Below, piece by piece: positions 18,749-27,604 of a DNA stretch of 64,000 bases. The stretch is taken from contig CAVXGR010000011.1 in the NCBI GenBank assembly GCA_963761335.1, positions 480,001 to 544,000 on the forward strand, given 5' to 3'. Source of the stretch: an uncultured delta proteobacterium. GTDB lineage: Bacteria; Desulfobacterota; Binatia; HRBIN30; BPIQ01. Each line of letters begins with the position of its first letter. The first letter of the stretch is position 1. The position numbers and the translations under genes are program-made. The notes under the pieces are model-generated. The model was given only the letters and a program-made list of their open reading frames with translations. It did not search any database and was not told where the DNA came from.

Positions 18749-20086
18749 GGGCTACATGCCCGCGCCGCTCCGCGGCGCGATCCCCGGAAACGCCCTCTGC
18801 TTCCTTGGGTTGAACCCGGCTTCCCGCTGTCGCCACGGCGCGGCCTTGGACATCATTCGCCCCGGAGGGGCGCGGGCGTGTAGCCCCGGGTCGAAGACCC
18901 GGGGGATCCCGAAGCAGGCCCGCCGCGCCCCGCCAGGGGCGCGGGGCGTCCGGACTCGCCGGGCTCGCCCTCAGGGCTACATACGCGCGCCGCTCCGCGG
19001 CGCGATCCCCGGAAACGCCCTCTGCTTCCTTGGGTTGAACCCGGCTTCCCGCTGTCGCCACGGCGCGGCCTTGGACATCATTCGCCCCGGAGGGGCGCGG
19101 GCGTGTAGCCCCGGGTCGAAGACCCGGGGGATCCCGAAGCAGGCCCGCCGCGCCCCGCCAGGGGCGCGGGGCGTCCGGACTCGCCGGGCTCGCCCTCAGG
19201 GCTACATACGCGCGCCGCTCCGCGGCGCGATCCCCGGAAACGCCCTCTGCTTCCTTGGGTTGAACCCGGCTTCCCGCTGTCGCCACGGCGCGGCCTTGGA
19301 CATCATTCGCCCCGGAGGGGCGCGGGCGTGTAGCCCCGGGTCGAAGACCCGGGGAATCCCGAAGCAGGCCCGTTGCGCCCCGCCAGGGGCGCGGGGCGTC
19401 CGGACTCGCCGGGCTCGCCCTCAGGGCTACATACGCGCGCCGCTCCGCGGCGCGATCCCCGGAAACGCCCTCTGCTTCCTTGGGTTGAACCCGGCTTCCC
19501 GCTGTCGCCACGGCGCGGCCTTGGACATCATTCGCCCCGGAGGGGCGCGGGCGTGTAGCCCCGGGTCGAAGACCCGGGGAATCCCGAAGCAGGCCCGTTG
19601 CGCCCCGCCAGGGGCGCGGGGCGTCCGAACTCGCCGGGCTCGCCCTCAGGGCTACATACGCGCGCCGCTCCGCGGCGCGATCCCCGGAAACGCCCTCTGC
19701 TTCCTTGGGTTGAACCCGGCTTCCCGCTGTCGCCACGGCGCGGCCTTGGACATCATTCGCCCCGGAGGGGCGCGGGCGTGTAGCCCCGGGTCGAAGACCC
19801 GGGGGATCTCGAAGCAGGCCCGTTGCGCCCCGCCAGGGGCGCGGGGCGTCCGGACTCGCCGGGCTCGCCCTCAGGGCTACATACGCGCGCCGCTCCGCGG
19901 CGCGATCCCCGGAAACGCCCTCTGCTTCCTTGGGTTGAACCCGGCTTCCCGCTGTCGCCACGGCGCGGCCTTGGACATCATTCGCCCCGGAGGGGCGCGG
20001 GCGTGTAGCCCCGGGTCGAAGACCCGGGGAATCCCGAAGCAGGCCCGTTGCGCCCCGCCAGGGGCGCGGGGCGTCCGGACTCGCCG
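18749..20086. repeat. Tandem array, about 6 x 225-bp units containing inverted GTAG REP-like hairpins
   Basis: Marker tccccggaaacgccc at 18781, 19006, 19231, 19456, 19681, 19906; copies differ by a few substitutions. Confidence 0.95.
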
Positions 20087-22225
20087 TCAGCGCTGGGTCA
20101 CGTTGGGCACATTCTCGAAGAAGCAGGGACCGTCGCAGAAGTTCTGCACCGTTCCGTCGGGTCGCAGGAAGGCGTCGATCTGCCGCTGCGCCGCGTCCAG
20201 GCGGCGGATCGCCTCGTGGACGCCGTTGTCATCCGCCGGCGGGTTGTTGGTCAGCGGCGGCGGCACGGCGTTGACGTCGTAGGGCACGAAGGCCGAGCCG
20301 TCGATCGGCGCCTCCATCTCGGGCACCTCGAAGACCGGGTACGCGGTGGGCGCCACATTGGGAATGCCGAGGCTGCGCACCTGGATCTCCGTGCCGATGT
20401 TCGGCACCTGCGAGTCGTTGACGCCCATCTGCAACAGCACCGTCTTGGCCGGCGTGCCCGGCAGGGGGTTGTCGACCAGGTGGGACAGGTAGCCCTGCGG
20501 GTCGGCGCGATCCCAGAGCTCCTGGATCAGCGGGAAGAGCAGCTGCTGCTCGATCGGGTCGGGGTAGAACTGCTTGAGGAGATCCTCGAAGGTGGGGAAG
20601 TCGGCGCTGCGCTGCAGGAGAATGCTGTAGTTGGCGGCGCCGACGCCGAGGACGCCGCGCACCGTCTCGGTCGCCAGCGCCATGTAGGCCCCGCCTTCGA
20701 TGCCGCCCTGGCTGATGCCGTAGAAGTAGAGCTCCTGCGGGTCGATCAGCGACGTGCCGTTCAGCTGGAACGCGGCGTTGGCGGCAAAGCCGTCCGCCGC
20801 GGTCATCAGGCGGCCCAGCAGCATGAAGTTGAGCATCGCCTGCTGCAGCCGATCGGGAAGGGCGCGGAAGTTGGAGAGATCGGAGATCAGCAGCAGAGTC
20901 GGCGTCAGGTCTTCATCGGACATGCCGATCCAGTCGGTGGCACCGAGAACGAAGTTGAAGCGGTTCGACAGCGTCTGCAGGTTGCCGGCGGTGACCTCGC
21001 CTTCCCCGCTGCCGAAGAGCCCGTGACCGTAGACGACCGGGCGCCCGGGGTGCGCCGTACCGCCATCGACGGCGAGGCGCGGGATGGTCACGGTAAACGG
21101 TGCCATGGCGGTGCCGTTCTGCTCGGGCACGCCGTTGGGGTCGAGGTTGTAGGTCGCCGGCGGCGTGGCGCTGCTCATGAACAGCGGCACCTGGTAGTGG
21201 CCGCGGACGCGGCGATAGATGTCGGTGCTGTAGTCGTCCTCAACGCTGTCGACCACGAAGGGAGGCGCCCCCGGGCCATTGGCCTCGAGCCCCTTGTCGC
21301 GCAGCGCCAGGGCGCGCGAGGTGAGGCTGCGCGTGCTGGCGGTGACGAAGTCCCAGGCGAGAATGAGAGTCGAGCGCTCCACGCCGGCCGCCGCGAGCCG
21401 GCTGAAAATGTCCTCGAAGGCCGGACGGCGCTGGTTGATGGTCTGCACCGGCGTGTCGACCCCGTCGCGCAGAATCTGGAAGGCGCGCTCCGGCGGAATC
21501 GGCGCGCCGTTCGGGTCGACGAGCCCGCGGATGGCGACGATGTAGCGGCGGTTCTCGTGCAGCCGCACTCCGGGCCGGATGAGGAACATCTGGGTCTCCG
21601 GCGAGGTGGCGCGCGCGTCGAGCTCGGCGAAGTGCGGCAGGTGCTCACCGGTCTCCGCGTCGATCAGAACGGTCGGGCTGTCGGCCTCGAGCGAGCGCGC
21701 CATATTGGTGATCGGCGGAACGCCCGAGGCGTCGAGATCGACGCCCTGCGGGAAGAGCGCCTCGATGATCGGCCCGGGACTGAAGCCGTCGAGCGTGTTC
21801 CACTCGCTCGGATCGACGTGCACACCCTGCACGTTGGTGGGCATGGCGTCGCGCGGGTAGTCCACCCGGAAGCCAGTGTCGGTGCTGGCGTCCGGGGACA
21901 GGAAGACCGAGGAGGGATACGGCAGCAGGCAGTGCTCGGGGACGAGGAAGTCGCAATTGACGGTCGCCGTGTCGAGGGCGCAGAGCGGCTCCGCGGCCTG
22001 CACCTCCGGATCATCGCAGCTGGGTGGCACGGTCGCCGTGGGCGTGGCACTCGGCATCGGCGTCTCCGTCGCCGGCGGCGCCGTCGTCGGCGGCACCGCG
22101 GTCGGGGTCGCCGAGGCCAGCAGAGACAGCGGAAACGGGGAGCTCGCATCGCAGCCGGCGAGGAGCCAGGTGAAGGGGATGATGATGGCCAGGGCCAGCA
22201 ACGGTGATTCGGTCAGTCTGCGCAT
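20087..22225 (-). CDS. Secreted lipoprotein, alpha/beta hydrolase (lipase-like) with N-terminal Ig-like region
   Basis: LLAGC lipobox, PT linker, NTLDGFSP, YGHGLFG, GISQGG, DSQVPN, GVHE; GGAGG before ATG 22225. Confidence 0.8.
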   Translation of the reverse strand: MRRLTESPLLALAIIIPFTWLLAGCDASSPFPLSLLASATPTAVPPTTAPPATETPMPSATPTATVPPSCDDPEVQAAEPLCALDTATVNCDFLVPEHCLLPYPSSVFLSPDASTDTGFRVDYPRDAMPTNVQGVHVDPSEWNTLDGFSPGPIIEALFPQGVDLDASGVPPITNMARSLEADSPTVLIDAETGEHLPHFAELDARATSPETQMFLIRPGVRLHENRRYIVAIRGLVDPNGAPIPPERAFQILRDGVDTPVQTINQRRPAFEDIFSRLAAAGVERSTLILAWDFVTASTRSLTSRALALRDKGLEANGPGAPPFVVDSVEDDYSTDIYRRVRGHYQVPLFMSSATPPATYNLDPNGVPEQNGTAMAPFTVTIPRLAVDGGTAHPGRPVVYGHGLFGSGEGEVTAGNLQTLSNRFNFVLGATDWIGMSDEDLTPTLLLISDLSNFRALPDRLQQAMLNFMLLGRLMTAADGFAANAAFQLNGTSLIDPQELYFYGISQGGIEGGAYMALATETVRGVLGVGAANYSILLQRSADFPTFEDLLKQFYPDPIEQQLLFPLIQELWDRADPQGYLSHLVDNPLPGTPAKTVLLQMGVNDSQVPNIGTEIQVRSLGIPNVAPTAYPVFEVPEMEAPIDGSAFVPYDVNAVPPPLTNNPPADDNGVHEAIRRLDAAQRQIDAFLRPDGTVQNFCDGPCFFENVPNVTQR

Positions 22226-22302
22226 GCGAGTGCCTCCGCTCATAGGATATCGTCCTTCGATATCACCAAGCGTGGGGGAATGGGAAAGGGAACAGAAACG
22301 CC

Positions 22303-23784
22303 TCAGCGGAAGCCGAGGAACTCGGCGCTGCGCTGGTTGACGCGAAAAGCGAAGTGCACCTGGCCGGTCGCCGTCTGGTTGCGCTGTCCGACGACGAGCT
22401 GGAAGTCGTAGTCGCCGGGACGCAGGGCCATCTTCGCGCCGGTAGACTGCAGCGTGGTGAACTCCCGGCGAATCTGCTCGAAAAGCGTGCCCACGTTTCC
22501 GGCCGAGGCAATCTGCTGTCCGAAGCCCACCTGGGCGATGCGCTCCAGCGCCACCGCGTCGAAGCACGGGCCCGGCAGCCCCTGGTCGCAGCTCACGCCC
22601 AGGGCGATGGTGTGCACTCTCAGGTTCTGCGGATAGGCGGGATGTGCGGCGATCTGCGCATAGAGGTCCTGAAGCTCGGTCGCCCGCCAACCGAGACGGG
22701 GGTACGGATCGCCGTTCTTGAGCCGCCCCTCCTGCTGCACGTCGCGGTTGTCGAACGAGCTCAGGTTGTCCTGGCCATCGGTGAAGACCACGATCACGTG
22801 GCGGTCGCGCGGCCCGGCGGCGACGCCCTCGCCGTAGAGATTGGCGGAAGTCTGCAGCGCACTGCTCACGGCTCCGTAGAGCTTGGTGAAGTTGCCGGGC
22901 ACCGGGTCGGGAATGAAGCCGATGCGGAAGGTGCCGAGATGACTCGGGTCGGGATGCGAGATGAGCTCGTCGAACCAGACCACGTTCGAGGAGAACTCGC
23001 CCGGTCGAGTGGCCCAGATCTGCGTGCCGGCGTCGACCAGGCTCTGGGCGCTGCCGAGCATGAAGGCAAACTGCGGCGGGTTGAACTGCTGCAGTGAGTA
23101 GCTGGCGTCGAGGACGAGGGTGACGTGGACGTTCAGCTCCAGCTCGGTCGAGTTGCGGTCGAGAAGGCTCTCGCCGAAGACGCCGCCGTTGCCGAGCGGA
23201 ATACCGTTGACGAGCATGGTGACGTCGAGATTGGACTCGTCGATGGGGACGCCGTTGGTGTCCCGCACCAGATAGTCGAGAACCACCGTGGTGGTGCCGA
23301 TCTGGTCGTCGAAGCTGATCTCCGGCTCGCTGCTCAGCTCGACCTCCAGCGAAGCGGTGCCGCCGGCGTAGCGAAAGGCGTCCGCCAGCGCGTCCATTCC
23401 CTTGCCGTTGGAGACGGACACCTCGACGCTGTCACCGGCGGCGCCGGCGGGCGCCAGGCAGGAGATCCGGCGATCGTCGAGGACGATGGCGCTCGTCGCC
23501 TCGGCCGTGCCGAAGTAGACGCGATCGGAGCCAGCGCTGGCAAACCCCGCGCCCTCGACGAGGACCGGAATGCCGCCGGCGGCGGCACCGATGGCGGGAA
23601 ACACGCCGCTCACGGTCACCTCCGGAGCCTCGGTGGGCGTGATCGTCGGAATGCGGGTCGCGGTCGCCGTCGCCGTCGGCGTCGCCGTCAGCATCGGCAG
23701 CGCCCCGCCGCCTCCCCCGCCGCACCCGGAAAGCACCACCGTCGCCATCACCGCAGCCGCCGCCGTCGATCTCACGCCTCGCAT
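22303..23784 (-). CDS. Lipoprotein with IPT/TIG-like and VWA domains
   Basis: LSGC lipobox, PT linker, IPT-like segment ending DAFRY, MIDAS LDASYS, TKLY, VFTDG. Confidence 0.8.
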   Translation of the reverse strand: MRGVRSTAAAAVMATVVLSGCGGGGGGALPMLTATPTATATATRIPTITPTEAPEVTVSGVFPAIGAAAGGIPVLVEGAGFASAGSDRVYFGTAEATSAIVLDDRRISCLAPAGAAGDSVEVSVSNGKGMDALADAFRYAGGTASLEVELSSEPEISFDDQIGTTTVVLDYLVRDTNGVPIDESNLDVTMLVNGIPLGNGGVFGESLLDRNSTELELNVHVTLVLDASYSLQQFNPPQFAFMLGSAQSLVDAGTQIWATRPGEFSSNVVWFDELISHPDPSHLGTFRIGFIPDPVPGNFTKLYGAVSSALQTSANLYGEGVAAGPRDRHVIVVFTDGQDNLSSFDNRDVQQEGRLKNGDPYPRLGWRATELQDLYAQIAAHPAYPQNLRVHTIALGVSCDQGLPGPCFDAVALERIAQVGFGQQIASAGNVGTLFEQIRREFTTLQSTGAKMALRPGDYDFQLVVGQRNQTATGQVHFAFRVNQRSAEFLGFR

Positions 23785-23853
23785 CACCACCTCCCCGCTC
23801 TCCGGCAAGACTGCCACGCACCGGCGCGGATCACAACGAGGGGTTCGAAGCCG

Positions 23854-24692
23854 TGCATCATGAGCCTTGCGGCTCACCAGTAGACGATGAAAATGAGGCC
23901 GGGGATCTGCCCTGGCAAGAGACTTGGAGGTCCTCGCCTGGGCGAAGTTCGCCCCGGAGGGGCGGTGGCGTGTAGCCCCGGGTGAAACCCGGGGAAAAAT
24001 GCGCGCTCCGTCATACGCGCCCCGCCAGGGGCGCGGGCAAAGTTTCGTCGATGTCGCGCCTGTACGCCGATGATCACCGCTGGGTGCGCGGGTAGCTCAT
24101 CGGCGTGATTCACGCGGCCTCTACGCCTGCGCCCCTCCGGGGCGCAGATCTGGGCCAATCGGAACGCCGTCCCCGGGTTGACACCCGGGGCTACATGCCT
24201 ACGCCCCTCCGGGGCGATAAGCCTCCACCCCAGCGCCGGGACTCCGCCAGACCTCACCCAACAGATTTTCGAAGCAGGCTACTTTTGCGCCCCGGGTTTC
24301 ACGCGGGCACCGAGCTCATCCGCAAAAGCTGCCTGTCCCGCCACGCGCTAGCGACGGGGACAGTGCATCATGAGCCTTGCGGCTCACCAGTAGACGATGA
24401 AAATGAGGCCGGGGATCTGCCCTGGCAAGAGACTTGGAGGTCCTCGCCTGGGCGAAGTTCGCCCCGGAGGGGCGGTGGCGTGTAGCCCCGGGTGAAACCC
24501 GGGGAAAAATGCGCGCTCCGTCATACGCGCCCCGCCAGGGGCGCGGGCAAAGTTTCGTCGATGTCGCGCCTGTACGCCGATGATCACCGCTGGGTGCGCG
24601 GGTAGCTCATCGGCGTGATTCACGCGGCCTCTACGCCTGCGCCCCTCCGGGGCGCTGATCTGGGCCAATCGGAACGGGATCCCCGGGTCAAC
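23854..24692 (+). mobile_element. Two element A copies (23854-24277 complete; 24364-about 24692 truncated) separated by a family C palindrome
   Basis: About 300-bp near-identical direct repeat with the same termini as 9691-10124. Confidence 0.75.
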
Positions 24693-24825
24693 GAGGCCGT
24701 CTCAAAACCCAGCCAAAACGATCTCAGCTTTCCCTGCCCGTGCCCCTGCCCGGGCCCCCGGTTTTGCCGGACATTCAAAGGCGGGGGGGCACGGGCAGCG
24801 GCGCGGGCACGGTTTTGAGTCTGTG
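24693..24825. repeat. GAGGC(C/T)GTCTCAAAA-bounded element with GCCCGT hexamer inverted repeats
   Basis: gaggccgtctcaaaacc ... gcccgtgcccctgccc / gggcacgggcagcggcgcgggcac ... ggttttgag; related copy at 35895-35973. Confidence 0.65.
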
Positions 24826-24853
24826 GAGACCGGCGGCGCCGCTTGTGCTCCCC

Positions 24854-26158
24854 TCAACTCACCCGCTGGCGGGTGAGATCGTCCATCTGCTCCTGGTACT
24901 TGTCGAAGTCGGCGTCGGCGAGCAGCGTGTAGTGGGTGTCGAGCGGCAGGCGCCGGGTGCGCTCCGAAGCGAGATCGGGGAGCTTGTTCTTGCGCAGCTC
25001 CTGCCACTCCGCCGCGTCCGGACAGTGGAACAGATCGCCAAAGCCGGCTTCGTCGAAGCGTTTGTAGAGGGCCTCGCCATCGCGCATCGAATCGAGCTCG
25101 CGGCTGGAGCGCAGGCGGCGCAGAAAATCGAGCAGCTCCGGCTCGACCTCGTACAGCCGGGCGATGCGGGCGCGGCCGAGCGCGCCCTCCACCTCCGGGG
25201 GGATGCCCAGGCGGTCCTCGTACGAGGTCTCCAGCTGACTGTGCACATCGGCAGGGTCGATCTCCTTCTGCTGCAGGAAATCGCGGATCGCCGAGCAGGG
25301 CGCGGTGTAGACGTCGCAGCCGGCGACGCGGGGAAAGGTCTGCCAGTCGCGCACGCTGGCGACGATGAGCAGCGTCTTGGCGCCATCCTCGCGGCGGGCA
25401 TGCAGCAGGGCGCGCTGCGCCTCCAGGTCGACGTGCTCGCCGAGCAGCTCCGCCTTCAGCCCCTGGTTGAGACGGCCCATGAAGATGTTGGTGAGGGTCA
25501 CGTCGGCGAGCATGGCGGCGACGACCGTCTGTCGCGCCGAGAAGGTCGAGGTGAAGTTGACGGGAATCCCCTCGCGCTCCAGCTGGCGGGCCACCAGGAA
25601 GCAGTGCGGCTGGTGCGGCGTGAACGGCACCTTGACCACGCAAGAGGGCACCATGCGCCGCAGGTCGCGGCCGATGCGCAGGGCCTCTTGCATGTCGTCG
25701 GCGAGGCGCATGTGAATCTGCAGGCTCACCTCCCACGGCCGGCCGGCACCGAAGGCGCGGGCCGCGTCGTTGCCGATGCGGCCGCAGACGATTGCATAGA
25801 TGCGGATCGCCAGCTCCGTGTCGCTCAGGCCGGGGTGCTGCTCGCGGAGGCGCCGCGCCCACTGCCGCGGCTCGTCCCCATCCAGGTAGCGCGCGATCAC
25901 CTTGTGGACCAGTGGCTGATTGGCGGTGTTGCCGTCCACCTCGCGGAGAATGGCGCCGTCGCCGGTGGAGATCAGATCTCCGAGCTCGCCGACGTCGGCG
26001 GTGTCGGCGTAGATGTGCGAGGTGCCGGCGCGGCACACGGCCGCGAGCAGCGGTGAGGACTGCAGCCGCGGCTGCGAGGCGCTCTTCGCGGGACTGCCCA
26101 TCTCGACGACCAGGCGATCGAGCTCTTCCATCGACGGCTGTGAGCGCTTTTCCGGCAT
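24854..26158 (-). CDS. Transaldolase family protein
   Basis: YADTAD, GNTANQP, VVKVP (Schiff-base Lys), VNFTSTFS, FMGRL, IVASVR. Confidence 0.85.
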   Translation of the reverse strand: MPEKRSQPSMEELDRLVVEMGSPAKSASQPRLQSSPLLAAVCRAGTSHIYADTADVGELGDLISTGDGAILREVDGNTANQPLVHKVIARYLDGDEPRQWARRLREQHPGLSDTELAIRIYAIVCGRIGNDAARAFGAGRPWEVSLQIHMRLADDMQEALRIGRDLRRMVPSCVVKVPFTPHQPHCFLVARQLEREGIPVNFTSTFSARQTVVAAMLADVTLTNIFMGRLNQGLKAELLGEHVDLEAQRALLHARREDGAKTLLIVASVRDWQTFPRVAGCDVYTAPCSAIRDFLQQKEIDPADVHSQLETSYEDRLGIPPEVEGALGRARIARLYEVEPELLDFLRRLRSSRELDSMRDGEALYKRFDEAGFGDLFHCPDAAEWQELRKNKLPDLASERTRRLPLDTHYTLLADADFDKYQEQMDDLTRQRVS

Positions 26159-26306
26159 GACATCCTCCTCCCGTCCAGGTATAGACCCGTCGCCGCGCCC
26201 CTGAAAGAGGGAGCGGCGAGGCCCGCCGGCTCGTCGAGCGGAACTGCGAGGACGAGAAGCGTCACCTGTGCTGCGCGGAGGAGGCGCTCTCCTCCCGCCT
26301 GTGGGA

Positions 26307-26627
26307 TCAGGCGGCGTGACCTTCGGAGCTCGACGCGTCGCCGGGCCGGTTCAGCGCCGTGTCGAGCTCTCCGGTCACCGCATCGTAGAACGTGAAGGCA
26401 ATCGCCGCCGCCAGCCAGAACAGCGGCTGATAGGGGACCAGCTTCCAGCCATCGATGAGCGCCTCCTGCAGGGTCCGCCCGCTCACCGCCAGATACGGCG
26501 ACAGCCACACGCCACGGACGTTGAACCACAGGGCCAGCAATCCGGTGTATACCGCCGCCGTCGCCACCAGGACGATCAGAACCTTGGCGAAATGGCGGAG
26601 AGCCGAGTCTTTCTTCGCGGTCGCCAT
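26307..26627 (-). CDS. Hypothetical membrane protein
   Basis: Two hydrophobic segments, coding-like composition; no family recognised. Confidence 0.6.
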   Translation of the reverse strand: MATAKKDSALRHFAKVLIVLVATAAVYTGLLALWFNVRGVWLSPYLAVSGRTLQEALIDGWKLVPYQPLFWLAAAIAFTFYDAVTGELDTALNRPGDASSSEGHAA

Positions 26628-26839
26628 GACGCGGCGAGCCTCGACTTTCGCAACCGCGTTGTCAAGCAGGTGCCCGGGCAAGCTGGAAGCGGCGCGACGC
26701 CGCTTCTACCTGGCGCAGAGTAGAAGCGCCGTCCCGGCGCTTCCCGAAGCGGCGAGACGCCGCTTCTACCTGGCCTGCAGGCCGGCGGAGTGAGAATCGG
26801 CGGACCGCCCGCCACCCCTCGTTTTGCGCATCGGTCCGC

Positions 26840-26845
26840 TATAAT
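26840..26845 (+). promoter_or_regulatory. TATAAT -10 box, probable leaderless transcript for xth-ligD
   Basis: Perfect TATAAT in high-GC DNA 8 nt before ATG 26854, with no SD sequence. Confidence 0.55.
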
Positions 26846-26853
26846 GAACCCGC

Positions 26854-27603
26854 ATGAAGATCGGCACGTGGAACGTCAACGGCATTCGCGCCCGGCAGGC
26901 GCAGGTGCTGGAATGGATCGAACGCGACCAACCCGACGTCGTCTGCCTGCAGGAGCTGAAGGCGAAGGTGGAGCAGGTCCCGGAGACTCTGTGCAATCTC
27001 GCCGGATACTGGTGCTACTGGCACGGCGCCGCCGCCTACTCCGGCGTCGGCCTCCACCTCCGCAAGGAACGCTTCCCGCAGCCACCCGAGTTCACCCATC
27101 CGGCCTTCGATCACGAGACGCGCATCGTCCAGGCAGCTGTCGGTGATCTGGTGATGGCCTCGGTCTACGTTCCCAACGGCGGCAAGGACTACGCCGCCAA
27201 GATCGCCTTCATGAGAGCCATGATCGAGTACGCCGCGGCCCTGCGGGCGGCGGGCCGCTCACTGGTCATCTGCGGCGACATCAATGTGGCACGCACCGAC
27301 CGCGATGTTCACCCCAAGGAACGCAAGCTCAACGCCATCGGCCAGCGACCCGAGGAACGCGAGATCCTCGAGTCCATTCTCGGCCAGGGACTGGTCGACG
27401 TCGGCCGCTCCCTCGACCCCGACAACGACAACCTGTTCACCTGGTGGGCGCCCTGGCGCAATCTCCGCCAGCGCAACATCGGCTGGCGACTGGATTACGT
27501 GCTCGCCAGCCAGAGCCTCGCCGAGCGCGCCGTCTCCTGTCCAGTGCTGCGCGAGATCGGCACCAGCGATCACGCCCCAGTGGTCGCCACCTTCAGCGAC
27601 TGA
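26854..27603 (+). CDS. xth: Exodeoxyribonuclease III (AP endonuclease)
   Basis: TWNVNGIRAR, CLQELK, YSGV, YVPNG, GDIN, TWW, GWRLDY, SDHAPV. Confidence 0.95.
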   Translation: MKIGTWNVNGIRARQAQVLEWIERDQPDVVCLQELKAKVEQVPETLCNLAGYWCYWHGAAAYSGVGLHLRKERFPQPPEFTHPAFDHETRIVQAAVGDLVMASVYVPNGGKDYAAKIAFMRAMIEYAAALRAAGRSLVICGDINVARTDRDVHPKERKLNAIGQRPEEREILESILGQGLVDVGRSLDPDNDNLFTWWAPWRNLRQRNIGWRLDYVLASQSLAERAVSCPVLREIGTSDHAPVVATFSD

Positions 27604-27604
27604 G

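Noticed and set aside
18558..20282. 467-aa and 508-aa repeat proteins on opposite strands
   Set aside because: The 225-bp unit is divisible by three and GC-rich, so frames stay open; the sequence is made of hairpins found in other intergenic regions.
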